Shown: positions 12,216 to 24,327, counted from the first letter of the whole stretch. The stretch is DNA of 63,878 nucleotides, filler included, from Octopus bimaculoides (GCF_001194135.2; 7 parts of 6 records of this genome joined end to end with filler, not necessarily neighbours in it), one strand, 5' to 3'. The notes: generated by a model not told the origin, from the sequence alone. Numbers and translations are program-made.

Positions 12216-13072
12216 TGCGTGCGTGTATGTGTATTTATGTGTGCATGTTTGCATTGCTCAATATTTTCAGAGAGGAAATACAGAAGATTATGGAGAGATA
12301 TTTTGAAATCACGCCATATTTTAGATACTGTCGACATACGCTTTCTCATCGAAAAGCAGCAGCAGCAACACCCTAACATCTGCTGCCACATCAGCACCCC
12401 AGCTGCAATCAACTGACTGAAACTAACCAACAAGAGCCTCTATACGGTGGCTCAATCACGTAGATAACGTGTTAGAAATAGAAGTGAAAAATTCCTCAAA
12501 TGGTACTTAATCACTTTATAAATGTTAAGATCACATTGGACAATGTTGCTGTAGATGTGCAAACGATATACAAATGCTTTGAATAGTGAAATGCTTTGAA
12601 TCATATGTCTATATGATTAGGGGTGGCTTTGGGCTGAGCAATAACAACAACAATAATCCATACAGCAAATGCAGCGGTAACAGCAACAATAACAGCAGCA
12701 GTGAGCAGCGATGACAGCAGCAGCAGCGAACTTAGAGCAAGAGAATTATGAAATATCTTCCTATTCCTCAAATAAATTGATACAATGTAAAATCAAGGTA
12801 GATGAGCCAGCGAGGGAATTTCTACAAAGTCCAGCTAAAAACAGTAGCCAAATTTATCTCCCTCACACGCACTCTATTGGTATTTTTTGTTTTTAAAGAA
12901 AGAAGAATGTCTTTAACAAGAAGTGATGGGTGGTCTTAGTTCGAGCGCTTTTGGCCACAAGTCCACTCGCTTGGAGTTGAAATGAGGTTAAATAGCAAAT
13001 ATGAGAGCAGCATAAAGTGAGCATTCATGTGGCTGAAGCGATGGCTACTTATAAGTTTATATCAATTGCATG

Positions 13073-13304
13073 TATTGGGTTATCCGGAAAGTTCGTTCCG
13101 ATTTATAGTAGCCTACCTTTCGACTTATTTGCCATAAAACCACCTCAATTCTGGGAAGAGGGTATTTTCAAGTTATAGGAAAGATAGAGACGCATCGTGC
13201 AACAAAATGGTTCATATTTGGTTGATTATAAATATAATGGCAAGTATTTAATGACCTTTTTGTTTCCTTTAAAAATCGTCACGGTCTTTCCGGACGACCC
13301 AATA
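13073..13304 (+). mobile_element. Mariner-derived MITE
   Basis: ~30-bp TIRs (TTGGGTTATCCGGAAAGTTCGTTCCGATTT / AAAATCGTCACGGTCTTTCCGGACGACCCAA) flanked by TA at 13073-74 and 13303-04. The interior encodes a mariner C-terminal remnant (FWEEGIFKL*ER*RRIVQQNGSY). Confidence 0.85.
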
Positions 13305-13919
13305 GTTGATATGTTTTTCAAGCAGGCCTATGTACAAAGATGTTCCAGCTATGGTCATCCAGTATTTTCGTATGATTCGGACTAAATCGCCCAATATCTT
13401 CCTCTTACAATGATAATGCATCGTTTGAAAGGCTTACGATTGTTATTTCTAACAGATCAACAACCACGTAGAGCCAATCCCACACCATTGTACACCCGTT
13501 CGTGTGTGTCTCGGAAAAGAATGCATTGCCTTCCACTGCTTCAGAGCGTAGAACGCAAGAATTGGTAGAGTGAAGGACTAATTCTCATGCACTATTTAAT
13601 TTGATAACTTTATGTTCTGAGTTCAAATCACGCTGGGAATACATTTTGTTTTTCATCTTTTTAAAGTTGATAAAAATGCGCAGACTGTTATAACTGATGA
13701 CCTTTGGCTTATATTGGAAACCTTTATTCTATAATTCCTCGTTTGTCGTTGATAGAAGAATCGTTCTTTGAAAAAAAAGTAAAAGAATATCCTACTTATA
13801 TTTCTTGATTTTAACTGTAAAAACAGTGAAAATGATAATTCTCTGAACAATTGAAAGGTTAATGTCTACCTATGCAAGATTTCTAACTCAGAACATAAGG
13901 GTGCTAAAAAGATATAATT

Positions 13920-15122
13920 TTCTAATATTGGTACAAGGTCACAAATTGGCGGAAAGTGTGAGGGGCTTTAGATGATTGTTCATAATACCTATTTTACTTA
14001 CTCCTAGAGAGATAGACACATCAACCATAAAGGGATTTTGAACTTCGAACTAAAGGAGATTGACAAAATATTGTTCTTACATCGTCACAAACACACAATA
14101 CTGTGGGACAGAAATTCTTACTTTGTATTTTAATTTTATTCACATCGAGAGGAGCAATTAATCGACACAAGTATTTCACTGGTGCTATAATTTATCGAAC
14201 CACAAAAGCATGAAAGCAAAACGAACCTCGGCGGAACTAAAATTCAAAACGAAAAGAACCATAAATAAATACCATATTTCGATTGTATCGAATCCAGTAC
14301 TAATTTGATACTTTATTTTATCGACCACTCCACGACGGGACTTGGAGTTAAAACGTAATAGCCAGAAAGTTTTTAAAATGCAATCGGTCCATGGCTCTTC
14401 TAATGAATCATAAGCAATAATAATTATAAAATGAAAATACTGTAATTAATTTAAGTACTAGGTCAGCAGTTTTGCTGGAACGGTTAAGTGGATTAAATAA
14501 ACTTCAATATTTGACTGGTAGAATATATAAATAGAATACATATACTTTCATCCCTGGAAGGATGAAAGTATATGTGAACCTCAGCAAGATTTGAGCTCAA
14601 AAGGTGTAAGACCAGAACAAATCCCACGAATCTTTAAGTCCAAATCTCTAAAGCTTCTACTAATGTTATTGGCCTTTTAAATATAATTACTATGTATAAT
14701 ATTGGTTTCAAAGTCAGTTACATCGATACCAGTGCTCAACGGGTACTTATTTTACCAACCTCGAAAGAATGAAAGACAAAATTAACCTCGGCGAAATTTG
14801 ACTTCAGAGCGTAGCGACGGACAAAATGCAGCTAAGCATTTTGCCCGGTTGCTAACTATTCTGCCAGCTCACCGCCTAAATAAACAGAACACATTGATTT
14901 CAAACTTTAGCACAAAGCCAGCAATTTCAGAGGGTTGAAGGGGTGGGGGAGTAAGTCAATCACATCGGCTCCAGTGATCAACTGGTACTTATGTTATCGA
15001 CCGCGAAAGGGATGGAATGCAGAGTCAACCCGGGCGGAATTTGAACTCAAAACGTAAAGTCAGAAGAAATGCCGCTAAGCATTTTGTCCAGCGCGGTAAC
15101 AATTCTGCCACCTGGCCGCCTA
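13920..15122 (-). mobile_element. Cluster of about 5-6 head-to-tail SINE family C copies
   Basis: Repeated reverse-complement cores (GAAAG...AAAGTCAACCTCGGCGGAATTTGAACTC) near 14000, 14200, 14310, 14560, 14760 and 15010. The best copies are 14700-14880 and 14895-15122, ending in CTGCCAGCTCACCGCC-like heads. Confidence 0.75.
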
Positions 15123-15928
15123 AAAAGATAGAAAATATTACCATCAGATTCTTTGGCTTGTAACTCATAAGAAATATAAATAGAAGTTATAGCCCATTAA
15201 TACCTCATTCATTAGACGGAATTAATAATGTTAGTCAAATGTAATTCAAAATTATCGTAGATTAATTAATTATTTGGAGGTAAATAGACAAAAGAAGCAC
15301 TTAGAAGCAAGGTTTTCGTAATAAATACATGGTAAACAAGAAGAGAGTTAGTATGATCGCTAGGAAATTAAATATATGGATATTGGGAAGATGATATGTG
15401 AACGGGTGTGTATGTATTATGTAATATAAATACACATACACGCGTACACAAATAAACGCACAAATATATATGTATACCTGCATGTATGTATGCACGTATG
15501 TATGCGTATGCCTTCGGTTTCTTTTCATTCATTAGTATTCTCCTTTGAAGAAGCACGAATGTATGTGTGTGTCTGTGTGTGTATGCGCGTGTGTGTGTGA
15601 GATAGAGTGAGCGTGCGTGCGTGTGTGTGCGCGCGCTTGTGTATGCGTGTGCGTGTTAACTTGTTGATAGAGTCAGCAAAAAATTTTAAATCTTACAGGA
15701 GATAAATGTAATCAAATGAACACAGTGATGATACTTGAGCTACTTCACGTTTCATAATTGAACAGTGTAGTAATCGGATAGGACAAGGATGGACCAAAGT
15801 CATTTATCAAATTATTAATATATATATATATATACCTATGTTTTGAGTTATATGTTTTCTGTTTGCATCACCAAACTTGATAAGTGTTGATGCACGAAAC
15901 TCTCGGCCATTGAATCACTCAGTTGCTT

Positions 15929-15929
<1 letters not shown>

Positions 15930-15977
<48 letters not shown>

Positions 15978-16026
15978 ACACACACACACATACACACACA
16001 CACACACACACATACACACACACACA
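15930..16026. repeat. Compound (ACT)n-(CA)n microsatellite
   Basis: Direct reading. Confidence 0.95.
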
Positions 16027-16149
16027 GTGCGATGGGTAAATCGTCGCCGTTTTATATTTTTAATTTCGCGCATGTGCATTGTTTGTTTTTGATTTTGTCG
16101 ACTACGCATTATGGTAGGGTCAGTTGGCCACCGTCTGTAAGAAAAACAG

Positions 16150-16944
16150 CATCATGACGCAAATCACTCTGCCAGAAATTTGGAAGTGACATGCTGTACT
16201 GCCTGGCATTCGCCAGAAACGACATGCTGTGCTGCTTGGCATTCGTGCCGGAAGCTCCAATGCGAACATTTCAGAGTGTTTGGGTGTCAATCTGAGGACT
16301 GCAGTTTGAGGACATGTACCGAGAGTGATAAAAATCAAGCATTCAGTCAACATCATGGTGCTTGGAGTGATCACTAGTGATGACGACGTTATGCCTTCGT
16401 TCATCTTCCCACACGGCCTCAGACTCAACACGGATGCCTACATCAAGTGCCTGGAGGAGGTAGTACTGCCCTGGGTCAAAAGAGTGGTTGCTGGAAGACC
16501 CTATGTCTGACAGCAGGACTCTACACCATGCCACACAAGAAGGAGAACCTACTCATGGCTGTTAGACAATTTCTGCGACCACATTACCCCTAACATTACC
16601 TGGCCACCTAACTCCCCAGACTCCAAGCCCCTTGATTATTATGTGTGGGGCGCAGTTGAGCGGGAGACCAGCAAATCTCCTTGTAACACCAAAGATGAAC
16701 TGAAGGCAAGGGTTATGGCAGCATTCACCAACTTAAACAAAGAGACCATCCAGAAGAGTTGCAGATTTCGAAGTCATCTGGAGGCCATGGTTGAAGCCAA
16801 TGGCGGTTTTATTGAATAAATTTATTCTCTAATATTTCAAAATATTTTTATGTAATTTTGGTAAATATATCTGTTAAGATGAGATGTCAGTGTTATTTTC
16901 AATTTTGCGTAATTTAGAAGACAGTTTATTCACCGCACCCTGTA
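16150..16944 (+). mobile_element. Internally deleted Tc1/mariner transposon, DD37D (maT)-like
   Basis: Translation gives KHSVNIMVLGVITSDDDVMPSFIFPHGLRLNTDAYIKCLEEVVLPWVKRVVAGRPYV*QQDSTPCH...WPPNSPDSKPLDYYVWGAVE...LEAMVEANGGFIE*. The second-to-third Asp spacing is 38 here. A 3' terminus CACCGCACCCTG-TA is present; the 5' TIR was not recognised. Premature stop present. Confidence 0.85.
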
Positions 16945-17059
16945 TATACAATATATATCTGTATCAGCATCAAGTAGACTGAAATTTTATTCCAACCAAA
17001 TTCTGATACAGAGCATACTCAAGATTCAAATGTGATGATTGACAACAAGCCACTCTAAT

Positions 17060-17790
17060 GGGTCATGTCATTTAAATATTTTGGAAGTACAGTAAACTTT
17101 GAGAGTACTCTTGGTGACGAAATCAATGTTAGGATATCTAAGGCTACAAGTGCTTTTCGAAAATTTTCCCATCCTTTGTGGGATGAACACAGTGTCAGTC
17201 TGAAAACTAAAATAAGTGTATACAAAACTTGTATTTTGAGCACAATTTTGTATGAGGCAGAAACATAGACTGTCTACTACAGACATACAAAGTAACTTGA
17301 AACTTCACAGGTGCTGTCTGCGCAATATCTGCAACATAAAATGGAAAGAAAAGATATCAAATGTCAAAATCTTAGAAGAATGTGACATCTCCAGTAACAA
17401 AACATTACTGCTGAGAATTCACTGCAGATGGATAGGACATGCTGCTCCAATGAAAGATGGGTGCATCGCTAAAATTTTTTTTTTTTTTTGTATGGACAAC
17501 AAATAGAGGGATACCGCATAAAGGAAGACCCGTCCTTGGGTATAAGGATAAGTTGAAGTAATCTACAGCTTAATTTCAACATCTTGGGAAATTTATGGCT
17601 CAGATCGATCTGCAGGGCATAAAATATGTCATGGTGCATCAAAACAATTTGGTTTGAAGAAACAGGACAATAAAAGAAATATATCTTGCAATCAACAGAC
17701 ACATTTGTCCAATCCCAGTCAAAATCAAAACCATCAGTGTTCCTATTGTGACTTCATAGCAAAATCCATACCTCGGCTCAAATTACGTTC
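17060..17790 (+). mobile_element. RTE-clade LINE ORF2 3' fragment, decayed
   Basis: KYFGSTV...DEINVRISKATSAFRK...WDEHSVSLKTKISVYKTCILSTILYEAET, then LHRCCLRNICNIKW and RWIGHAAPM, with a C-terminal CSYC motif; stops and frameshifts. Confidence 0.85.
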
Positions 17791-17837
17791 AATGCATCCA
17801 TCGCAAATAGATGCAGCTTCTTTTATTTTCAAAGTTA

Positions 17838-17873
<36 letters not shown>

Positions 17874-17951
17874 CCTTTTTCAAATACTCATATGTTGAAA
17901 TCAACGGGAATGATGATCATACATATATGTGTGTGTGTCCGTGTGTGTGTC

Positions 17952-17982
<31 letters not shown>

Positions 17983-18458
17983 GTGCGTGCGGGCGGGCGC
18001 GCGTATGTATGTTATGTCAAAAAACGCTGTGTATAGAGGAAGGAGAGAAGAGTAAAGTCAATACAAATTCGAATGTTATATTTATTGGACGCAAAAAACG
18101 TAGGTGCTCCGAGTTCCATGTTTCCAGACTTAAGACAGCAATAAAGATTAGAGCTAAAAATGGCCGACTATTAAAACACTTGAATGTCATAGACAAGCGA
18201 GACAACTCAACCCAAATCCCACCCAGGAGTGATGGACATTGATATTCCGCAATTTTGGTGGCTTATCAACATCACGTGCCCGAACCGAATCGAAGGCGAA
18301 CTGAATAACCTGTCCATGACAGTAAGCAAGATAGTGTAAAACCCATTTATGATATGCTCCGACGATGCATACGCAGGAATAAATAGAAATACAAATCAGA
18401 AACAGCGTTAGTGTCGTAAATATTATCGAACATACATACTCAATTTATATAATTTTCT

Positions 18459-18636
18459 TGTTCACCAGTAGGCTGCGAGTTGACAGGGTGGAGATGACCC
18501 TCTCAAAACGCTGTGTATTAACACACCTGATTTGGTTTGAGTTGTCTCCCCTGTCTATGACTTTCAGGTGCTTTAATACCCAGCGCTTTAAGATAGTCGT
18601 CATCTCTCCATCGAAACCGCAGCCTGCCGGCGAACA
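18459..18636. repeat. Imperfect palindrome/hairpin element (~70-bp arms, ~33-nt loop), MITE-like
   Basis: Left arm TGTTCACCAGTAGGCTGCG...ACGCTGTGTATTAACACACCTGA pairs with right arm TCAGGTGCTTTAATACCCAGCGC...CGCAGCCTGCCGGCGAACA. Confidence 0.75.
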
Positions 18637-19164
18637 ATCAGTTATCATGCATTGAGTATGTATTTTGCTTGTCTTTGCATGTATGTGTGTGCGTGCGTGC
18701 ATATATATATAAACATGACTTCAACATCGGCCTGGTTAAGCTATCTATTACAAAATCTACAATATATTTCATTACTAGCTTATCCGTAGCATAAATTTCA
18801 GCTGTATAATGTATTAGAAAACGTAATAAGGTCTACTATACTTTCAGGTAATACTGAAATGAGGAAATTTAATATGCACGAGACATGAATTTTTTTTTTT
18901 GTACTAGACATAGGATGATTGTAATTTGTCACCGGCAAAACTAAAAGAATCATATTCCCAGTCATTATGTGAAAATCACCCTTCCAAATACGCATGAACA
19001 TACAAGGGCAAACACACATACACACAAACTTCTGCCTGTATACATACACATACATACATGCATGCATGCATGTATACATACATACATATATCTTCCGATG
19101 GTCGTCCCTTGTCTTGGTCGTGGAGAAGTTCCTGACCAAGTGCGTGCGCGTGGCCATCGCGCAG

Positions 19165-20850
19165 CCACGATCACCTTATCAAAGTATTCGATACTGTTAA
19201 TTGAAATGTTCTGTGGCTAATTCTAAAGAGAATAGGTTGCCCAGTAAAATTTGTAAACATGATTATGGCTTTGCATCAAGATAAGAAAGCTAGAGTTAAC
19301 TTTGGTGGTAGGCTCTCTGAATCTTTTGCCGTGGAAAATGGAGTAAAGCCCTTGATGGAGTAAAGACCTTGATGGAGTAAAGACCTTGATGGAGTAAAGA
19401 TCTTGATGGAGTAAAGACCTTGATGGAGTAAAGACCTTGATGCACCTACCCTCTTTGCAATATATTTTGCTGTTGTGTTGCCACATGCTTTTCAAAACTC
19501 TGTAGAGGGTATTTACACAAAATATCGAACAACAGGGAATGTTTCTAATACGACCAGACTGAAATTCAAAACGAAGGATTTTACTTCACTCATTAGTAAA
19601 CTTTTGTACGCTGACGATTGCGACCTTGTCAGTCATTCAAAAACAGGTCTGCAATCTCTGCATTTGACTCGCCTTGTGATGATTTTGGCTTGACCATCAG
19701 CTTGAAAAAAAAAAACAGTTGTAATGCATCAACCTGCATGTGGTACTGTTTGTAACCCCACTAAAAGTTTTGTTAAGAGTAAGTTACTTGAGCTTGTTGA
19801 TTCGTTCATCTACCTTGGAAGCTCTGTTCAAAATGATGGAAATCATGATACAGAAATACAGCTGCGAATTCAAAGGGCAGCAAAAGCATTGGAGACACGC
19901 GTTTGGTGCCAGCGACATATAAATAAGAATACAAAGCTGGCTCTTTGCAAATTATTTGTCTTACCATCCCTGTTGTATTCATGTGAACTTGTTATGAAAG
20001 GCATTTTAAATTGTTAGAACAATTCCACCAAAAATGCTTTCATCACATTCTAAAAATTAAATACTCCAAACACAGATTTCTTTGCATCTGCAGGCATCAC
20101 CTCAATTAAAGGTATGATTTTGAGGAACCAAATGAGATGATGTGGCCATATTGTTCGAATGTCAGATGAAAGCATGCCGAAACAGCTGTTTTATGGTGAG
20201 CTTGCAGAGGGGAAACGCTATCGGCGTAAACCTAAAAAAAAGGTTTAAGGACGGTATAAGGACTACTATGAAGTCACTTGGAATGGATCCAGAAGACATA
20301 GAAACCCTTGCTTCGGATCGAGTTGGATGGCGAACAAAAGTGTGGAGTGAAGTGAAAGCATTTGAAGAGGCCAGAATAACGCATGTAAGACTCAAAAGAA
20401 ATCTAAAAGAATGTAACAACCGAGAAAGTGAATGACAATGACCTTTTTGTGTGCACAGTCTGTGACAGACCATCCATGTCTTTTGCTGGGCTCAAATCTC
20501 ATCAGCGAACCTATGGAAAACGTACCTCCAGCAACTATTTTGCCTGCATGTCTATGCACACCTTTGAATGCAGTATATCCCAGAAGGTTTGCAAATCCAA
20601 CAGAGGCCTCAAAAGACATTTTAAGATCCACAAAGATCAGAACTTAACTGCAGCTCTTGGTGGTCCAAATCGGATNNNNNNNNNNTTAACTGCAGCTCTT
20701 GGTGGTCCAAATCGGATGTGCAATCTATGAGGGTGTCTTTTCAGAACATTTTCTGGTTTAAAAAGCCACATCAGACGCCATGATGGTGGTAAGGTGTAGG
20801 TACAGAAGGTGGTGAAACTCTGCATAAGGAGTAGAAAACCACCATGTATG
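19165..20850 (+). mobile_element. 5'-truncated RTE-clade LINE, decayed ORF2 plus 3' UTR
   Basis: FDTVN, ESFAVENGVK, LLYADDCDL (RT catalytic YADD), FIYLGS, GHIVRMSDESMPKQLFYGEL, RFKD, RVGWR, two C-terminal C2H2-like motifs and an (ATGT)n tail; frameshifts and stops. Confidence 0.92.
19338..19439 (+). repeat. 17-bp tandem repeat x6 (ATGGAGTAAAGACCTTG) inside the RTE RT region
   Basis: Direct reading: 6 units, 2 with single substitutions. Confidence 0.95.
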
Positions 20851-22529
20851 TATGTATGTATGTATGTATGTATGTATGAATGTATGCATGCATGTATGCA
20901 TGTATGTATATGTGTACAGACAGATGTTTGTGTGCATGTATATTTGCCCTTGTATATGTTCATGCGTGTTTGGAAGGGTGATTTTCATATAATGACTGGG
21001 AATATGATTCTTTTAGTTTTGCCAGTGACAAATTACAATCTTCCTATGTCCAGTGAAAACAAAATAAAAAAATCACCTCTCTCGTGCATATTAAATTTCT
21101 GCATTTCATTATTACCTTAAAGTATAGTAGAGCTTATTGCGTTTTCTAATGCATTATACAGTTGAAATTTATCCTACGGACAATCTAGTAATGAAATATA
21201 TTGTAGGTTTTGCCATAGATAGCATAACCAGGCTGATGATGAAGTCATATTCATTTCATAATTATACTCCATGACTGGTAATAATACTCCTTGGCTAATA
21301 ATACTATTCCCAGATAAAAGGTGGTTAATTTGCTGGGTGATTAAGTAGTTGGATAGATTACTTTAAAGTATGGGGGTCAACTTTTCTTTTCATCTTTTCG
21401 AGAGTCAATAAACAAAATCCTGAGAGTACAAGCTAATATTTCAAGGAGTGGGCAAAGCGGAAAAGTATATACTTTATTAAAATCGCATTTCAGAATAAAA
21501 TTATTAACCAACTCCTAAAAATAATTTATTCTCCTGAGCACATTAACAACTTTTATTACTCTACATGAATGGATTTAACCCTTAAGAGATTATAACCAAG
21601 AGCTGCGTCATAATTCAATTTACTCCAATATACTTGTGTGAATCTGATGAATTCAGTTCTCTTGGTCTTTATTATTATTATTTTTTTCATTCAAAATAAA
21701 ATCTAGGAATTGCTTGAATTCGCAAGCCGAGTGTATATCGCAACCAGCAAGAAAGTTTAATGTTTTGATTAAGTCATGAATGAGAAGCGAAAAACAAAAC
21801 AGCTTTCGAATTTTATGCTCATATTTGTGACTGATTTCACTGTTTACGGTTTTTCCAAACGCATAGTCTACATTCGCATTTTATACCATAAATTAAAAGC
21901 TTAATTTTTAATTCATTTAGTTCATCCACAGTATTGAATGAGGTTCAAGATCTTTAAAAATATAACATATTAGTTATCTTTAGATTGACATTTTCATCTT
22001 CAAATACGATATTGTTTCTGTAAAGGATGCGAAAAATTAATCAAACATTTCCTGAAGGTCTATTATAGAAAAGGTTGGAAACCACAGTTCTGTATGTTTG
22101 CTCTTCTTACTAAAGCGTCTTTAATTACTAAGGTACATCGGATAAGTATGGTTCCAGATACATATTCTTAATAAAGTGGAATGGTCACTGCTGGAACGTC
22201 CTTAATCATAGGTCTCTTCGAGTATAGCTAATTTGGGTCTCAATAAGAACAACACCTCGGTACATGGTAACGAAACGTCAATCAGAAAATACTACTATTA
22301 CTTGGCAGCGGTGGACTTCTCTATAATATCTATTTACTACTAAGTAATCGGAAGCGTTGAACTGGTGTGTACTAAAGTCAAAGTGCAATGACGAAAGACA
22401 CGAACGGCTGATCTTCATGTTGACACATGACAGCCTATTGATTTGTTCAACTAATCATATCTCAATTAGTATATATTACTCGTATGTAATCAATCCAACG
22501 GGGTACTTACATTTTGATCACTCTTTTAC

Positions 22530-22683
22530 TCTTTTATTCTTTTACTTGTTTCAGTCATTTGACTGGCCATGCTGGAGCACCGCCTTTAGTCGAGCAAATC
22601 GACCCCAGGACTTATTCTTTGGAAGCCTAGTACTTATTCTATCGGTCTATTTTGCCGAACCGTTAAGTTACGGGGACGTAAAC
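22530..22683 (-). mobile_element. SINE family B 3' half (cut by gap)
   Basis: TTTTACTTGTTTCAGTCATTTGACTGGCCATGCTGGAGCACCGCC...AAGTTACGGGGACGTAAAC. Confidence 0.85.
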
Positions 22684-23039
22684 NNNNNNNNNNNNNNNNN
22701 NNNNNNNNNNNNNNNNNNNNNNNNNNNNNNNNNNNNNNNNNNNNNNNNNNNNNNNNNNNNNNNNNNNNNNNNNNNNNNNNNNNNNNNNNNNNNNNNNNNN
22801 NNNNNNNNNNNNNNNNNNNNNNNNNNNNNNNNNNNNNNNNNNNNNNNNNNNNNNNNNNNNNNNNNNNNNNNNNNNNNNNNNNNNNNNNNNNNNNNNNNNN
22901 NNNNNNNNNNNNNNNNNNNNNNNNNNNNNNNNNNNNNNNNNNNNNNNNNNNNNNNNNNNNNNNNNNNNNNNNNNNNNNNNNNNNNNNNNNNNNNNNNNNN
23001 NNNNNNNTGCGCTTATCACTTCATTTTCTAGAATTCTTT

Positions 23040-23385
23040 TATTCTATTATTTGTTTCAGTCATTTGACTGCGGCCATACTGCAGCACCGCCTTGAAGGTT
23101 TAAAAAAATTTTTTTAAGTCGAGCAAATCGACCCCAGAACTTATTTCTGAAGCCTAGTACTTATTCTATTGGTCTCTTTTTTTTTTAACTAATACACCAA
23201 CAGCGGTTATCAAACGATGATGGGAGGACAAACACACACACACACACACACACATATACGACAGGCTTCTTTCAGTTTCCGTCTACCAGGCGTTGGTCGG
23301 TCCGAGGCCATAGCAGAAGACTAAACCTGGAACTAAACCTAGAACAATGTGGTTGAGAAGCAAGTTTCTTACCACACAGCCATTT
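23040..23385 (-). mobile_element. SINE family B copy with deletions
   Basis: Both halves and the (CA)n spacer are present. Confidence 0.8.
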
Positions 23386-24078
23386 CCCTCATGACATGCC
23401 TTACCATCTTAAAAAAAAAAATCATCTCAGAAAATGGAATGGATACAGTTGGAACATCTTTCATCACAGGTCTGCTGAATCAAAATTGACCCGGAGCTAA
23501 TAAACCACCACCACCACCTCCAGCTACAATAACAGCAACAGCAACAACTTGTGTTTGATTTTCTCAATGCTAAAAAAAGGTCGAAAGATTTAACTGACAT
23601 CAATGTGATTTACGACAGATGATTCGAGCTAACAAAGGAACCTTTGTATTTCTTAGTTCAATATTTAATGTTTTATTTCTTATTCGTATTATATATTCAT
23701 TCATTTATTTGAGCTAGTCGGAGCAAAAGGATTATTACGGTACCGTACGTTGAGACGACCCAATTTCTCTATCAGAAGAATAGAGAGATGTACCAAGCAA
23801 TTCCTATTGCTATGAAATTGGCTAAGCAAACTGCATGAATAGTCGTCAGTCAGCTTCACCTGTTGCTAGAGTGAAGGGAGGCACAGACAGACACATGAAA
23901 AGCAGCATTTGTAATGTAATTCACGTTATATAGTTTATCTTCTATTTCATCATCGACGTTTATCTGCCTGTGTGTGTGTGTCACTGTGTGCTTATTGTAT
24001 GCATGCATATGAATATAATCACAAAGGCAACAGTAGTAAGCATTTAATCCGCTCTCTCTTTCCCTTTCCCAAACACAC

Positions 24079-24134
<56 letters not shown>

Positions 24135-24285
24135 GCACACACAAACGACTGTAGCGGGGAAAAGGAATATGCGAGTGAGGTGACANNNNNNNNNNNNNNN
24201 NNNNNNNNNNNNNNNNNNNNNNNNNNNNNTTAATTAATTAANNNNNNNNNNNNNNNNNNNNNNNNNNNNNNNNNNNNNNNNNNNN

Positions 24286-24319
<34 letters not shown>

Positions 24320-24327
<8 letters not shown>

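Larger units (their letters stand above)
18715..21248. mobile_element. Fold-back structure: ~380-400-bp inverted arms (18715-19090 / 20846-21248) enclosing an RTE fragment
   Basis: Arms align base-for-base as reverse complements over their length, e.g. AAAACTAAAAGAATCATATTCCCAGTCATTAT versus ATAATGACTGGGAATATGATTCTTTTAGTTTT; roughly 85% identical by eye. Confidence 0.9.

Noticed and set aside
18150-18242. Peptides LNVIDKRDNSTQI / LKVIDRGDNSNQI resembling the cadherin linker V.D.NDN.P.F
   Set aside because: Spacing to the upstream A.DGG-like motif is wrong, there is no further cadherin sequence, and both come from the inverted copies of the hairpin element.
19338-19439. CRISPR-like appearance of short regular repeats (also 32640-33110)
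   Set aside because: No unique spacers, no cas genes, eukaryotic context.
20642-20716. 32-bp direct repeat TTAACTGCAGCTCTTGGTGGTCCAAATCGGAT on both sides of a 10-N gap
   Set aside because: Typical unmerged contig overlap.
24230-24241. TTAATTAATTAA islands centred in N runs (also 38376, 41974, 48214, 56808, 62562)
   Set aside because: Identical 12-mer with stops in all six frames, flanked by 44 N on each side (100 bp total): an assembly spacer, not biology.
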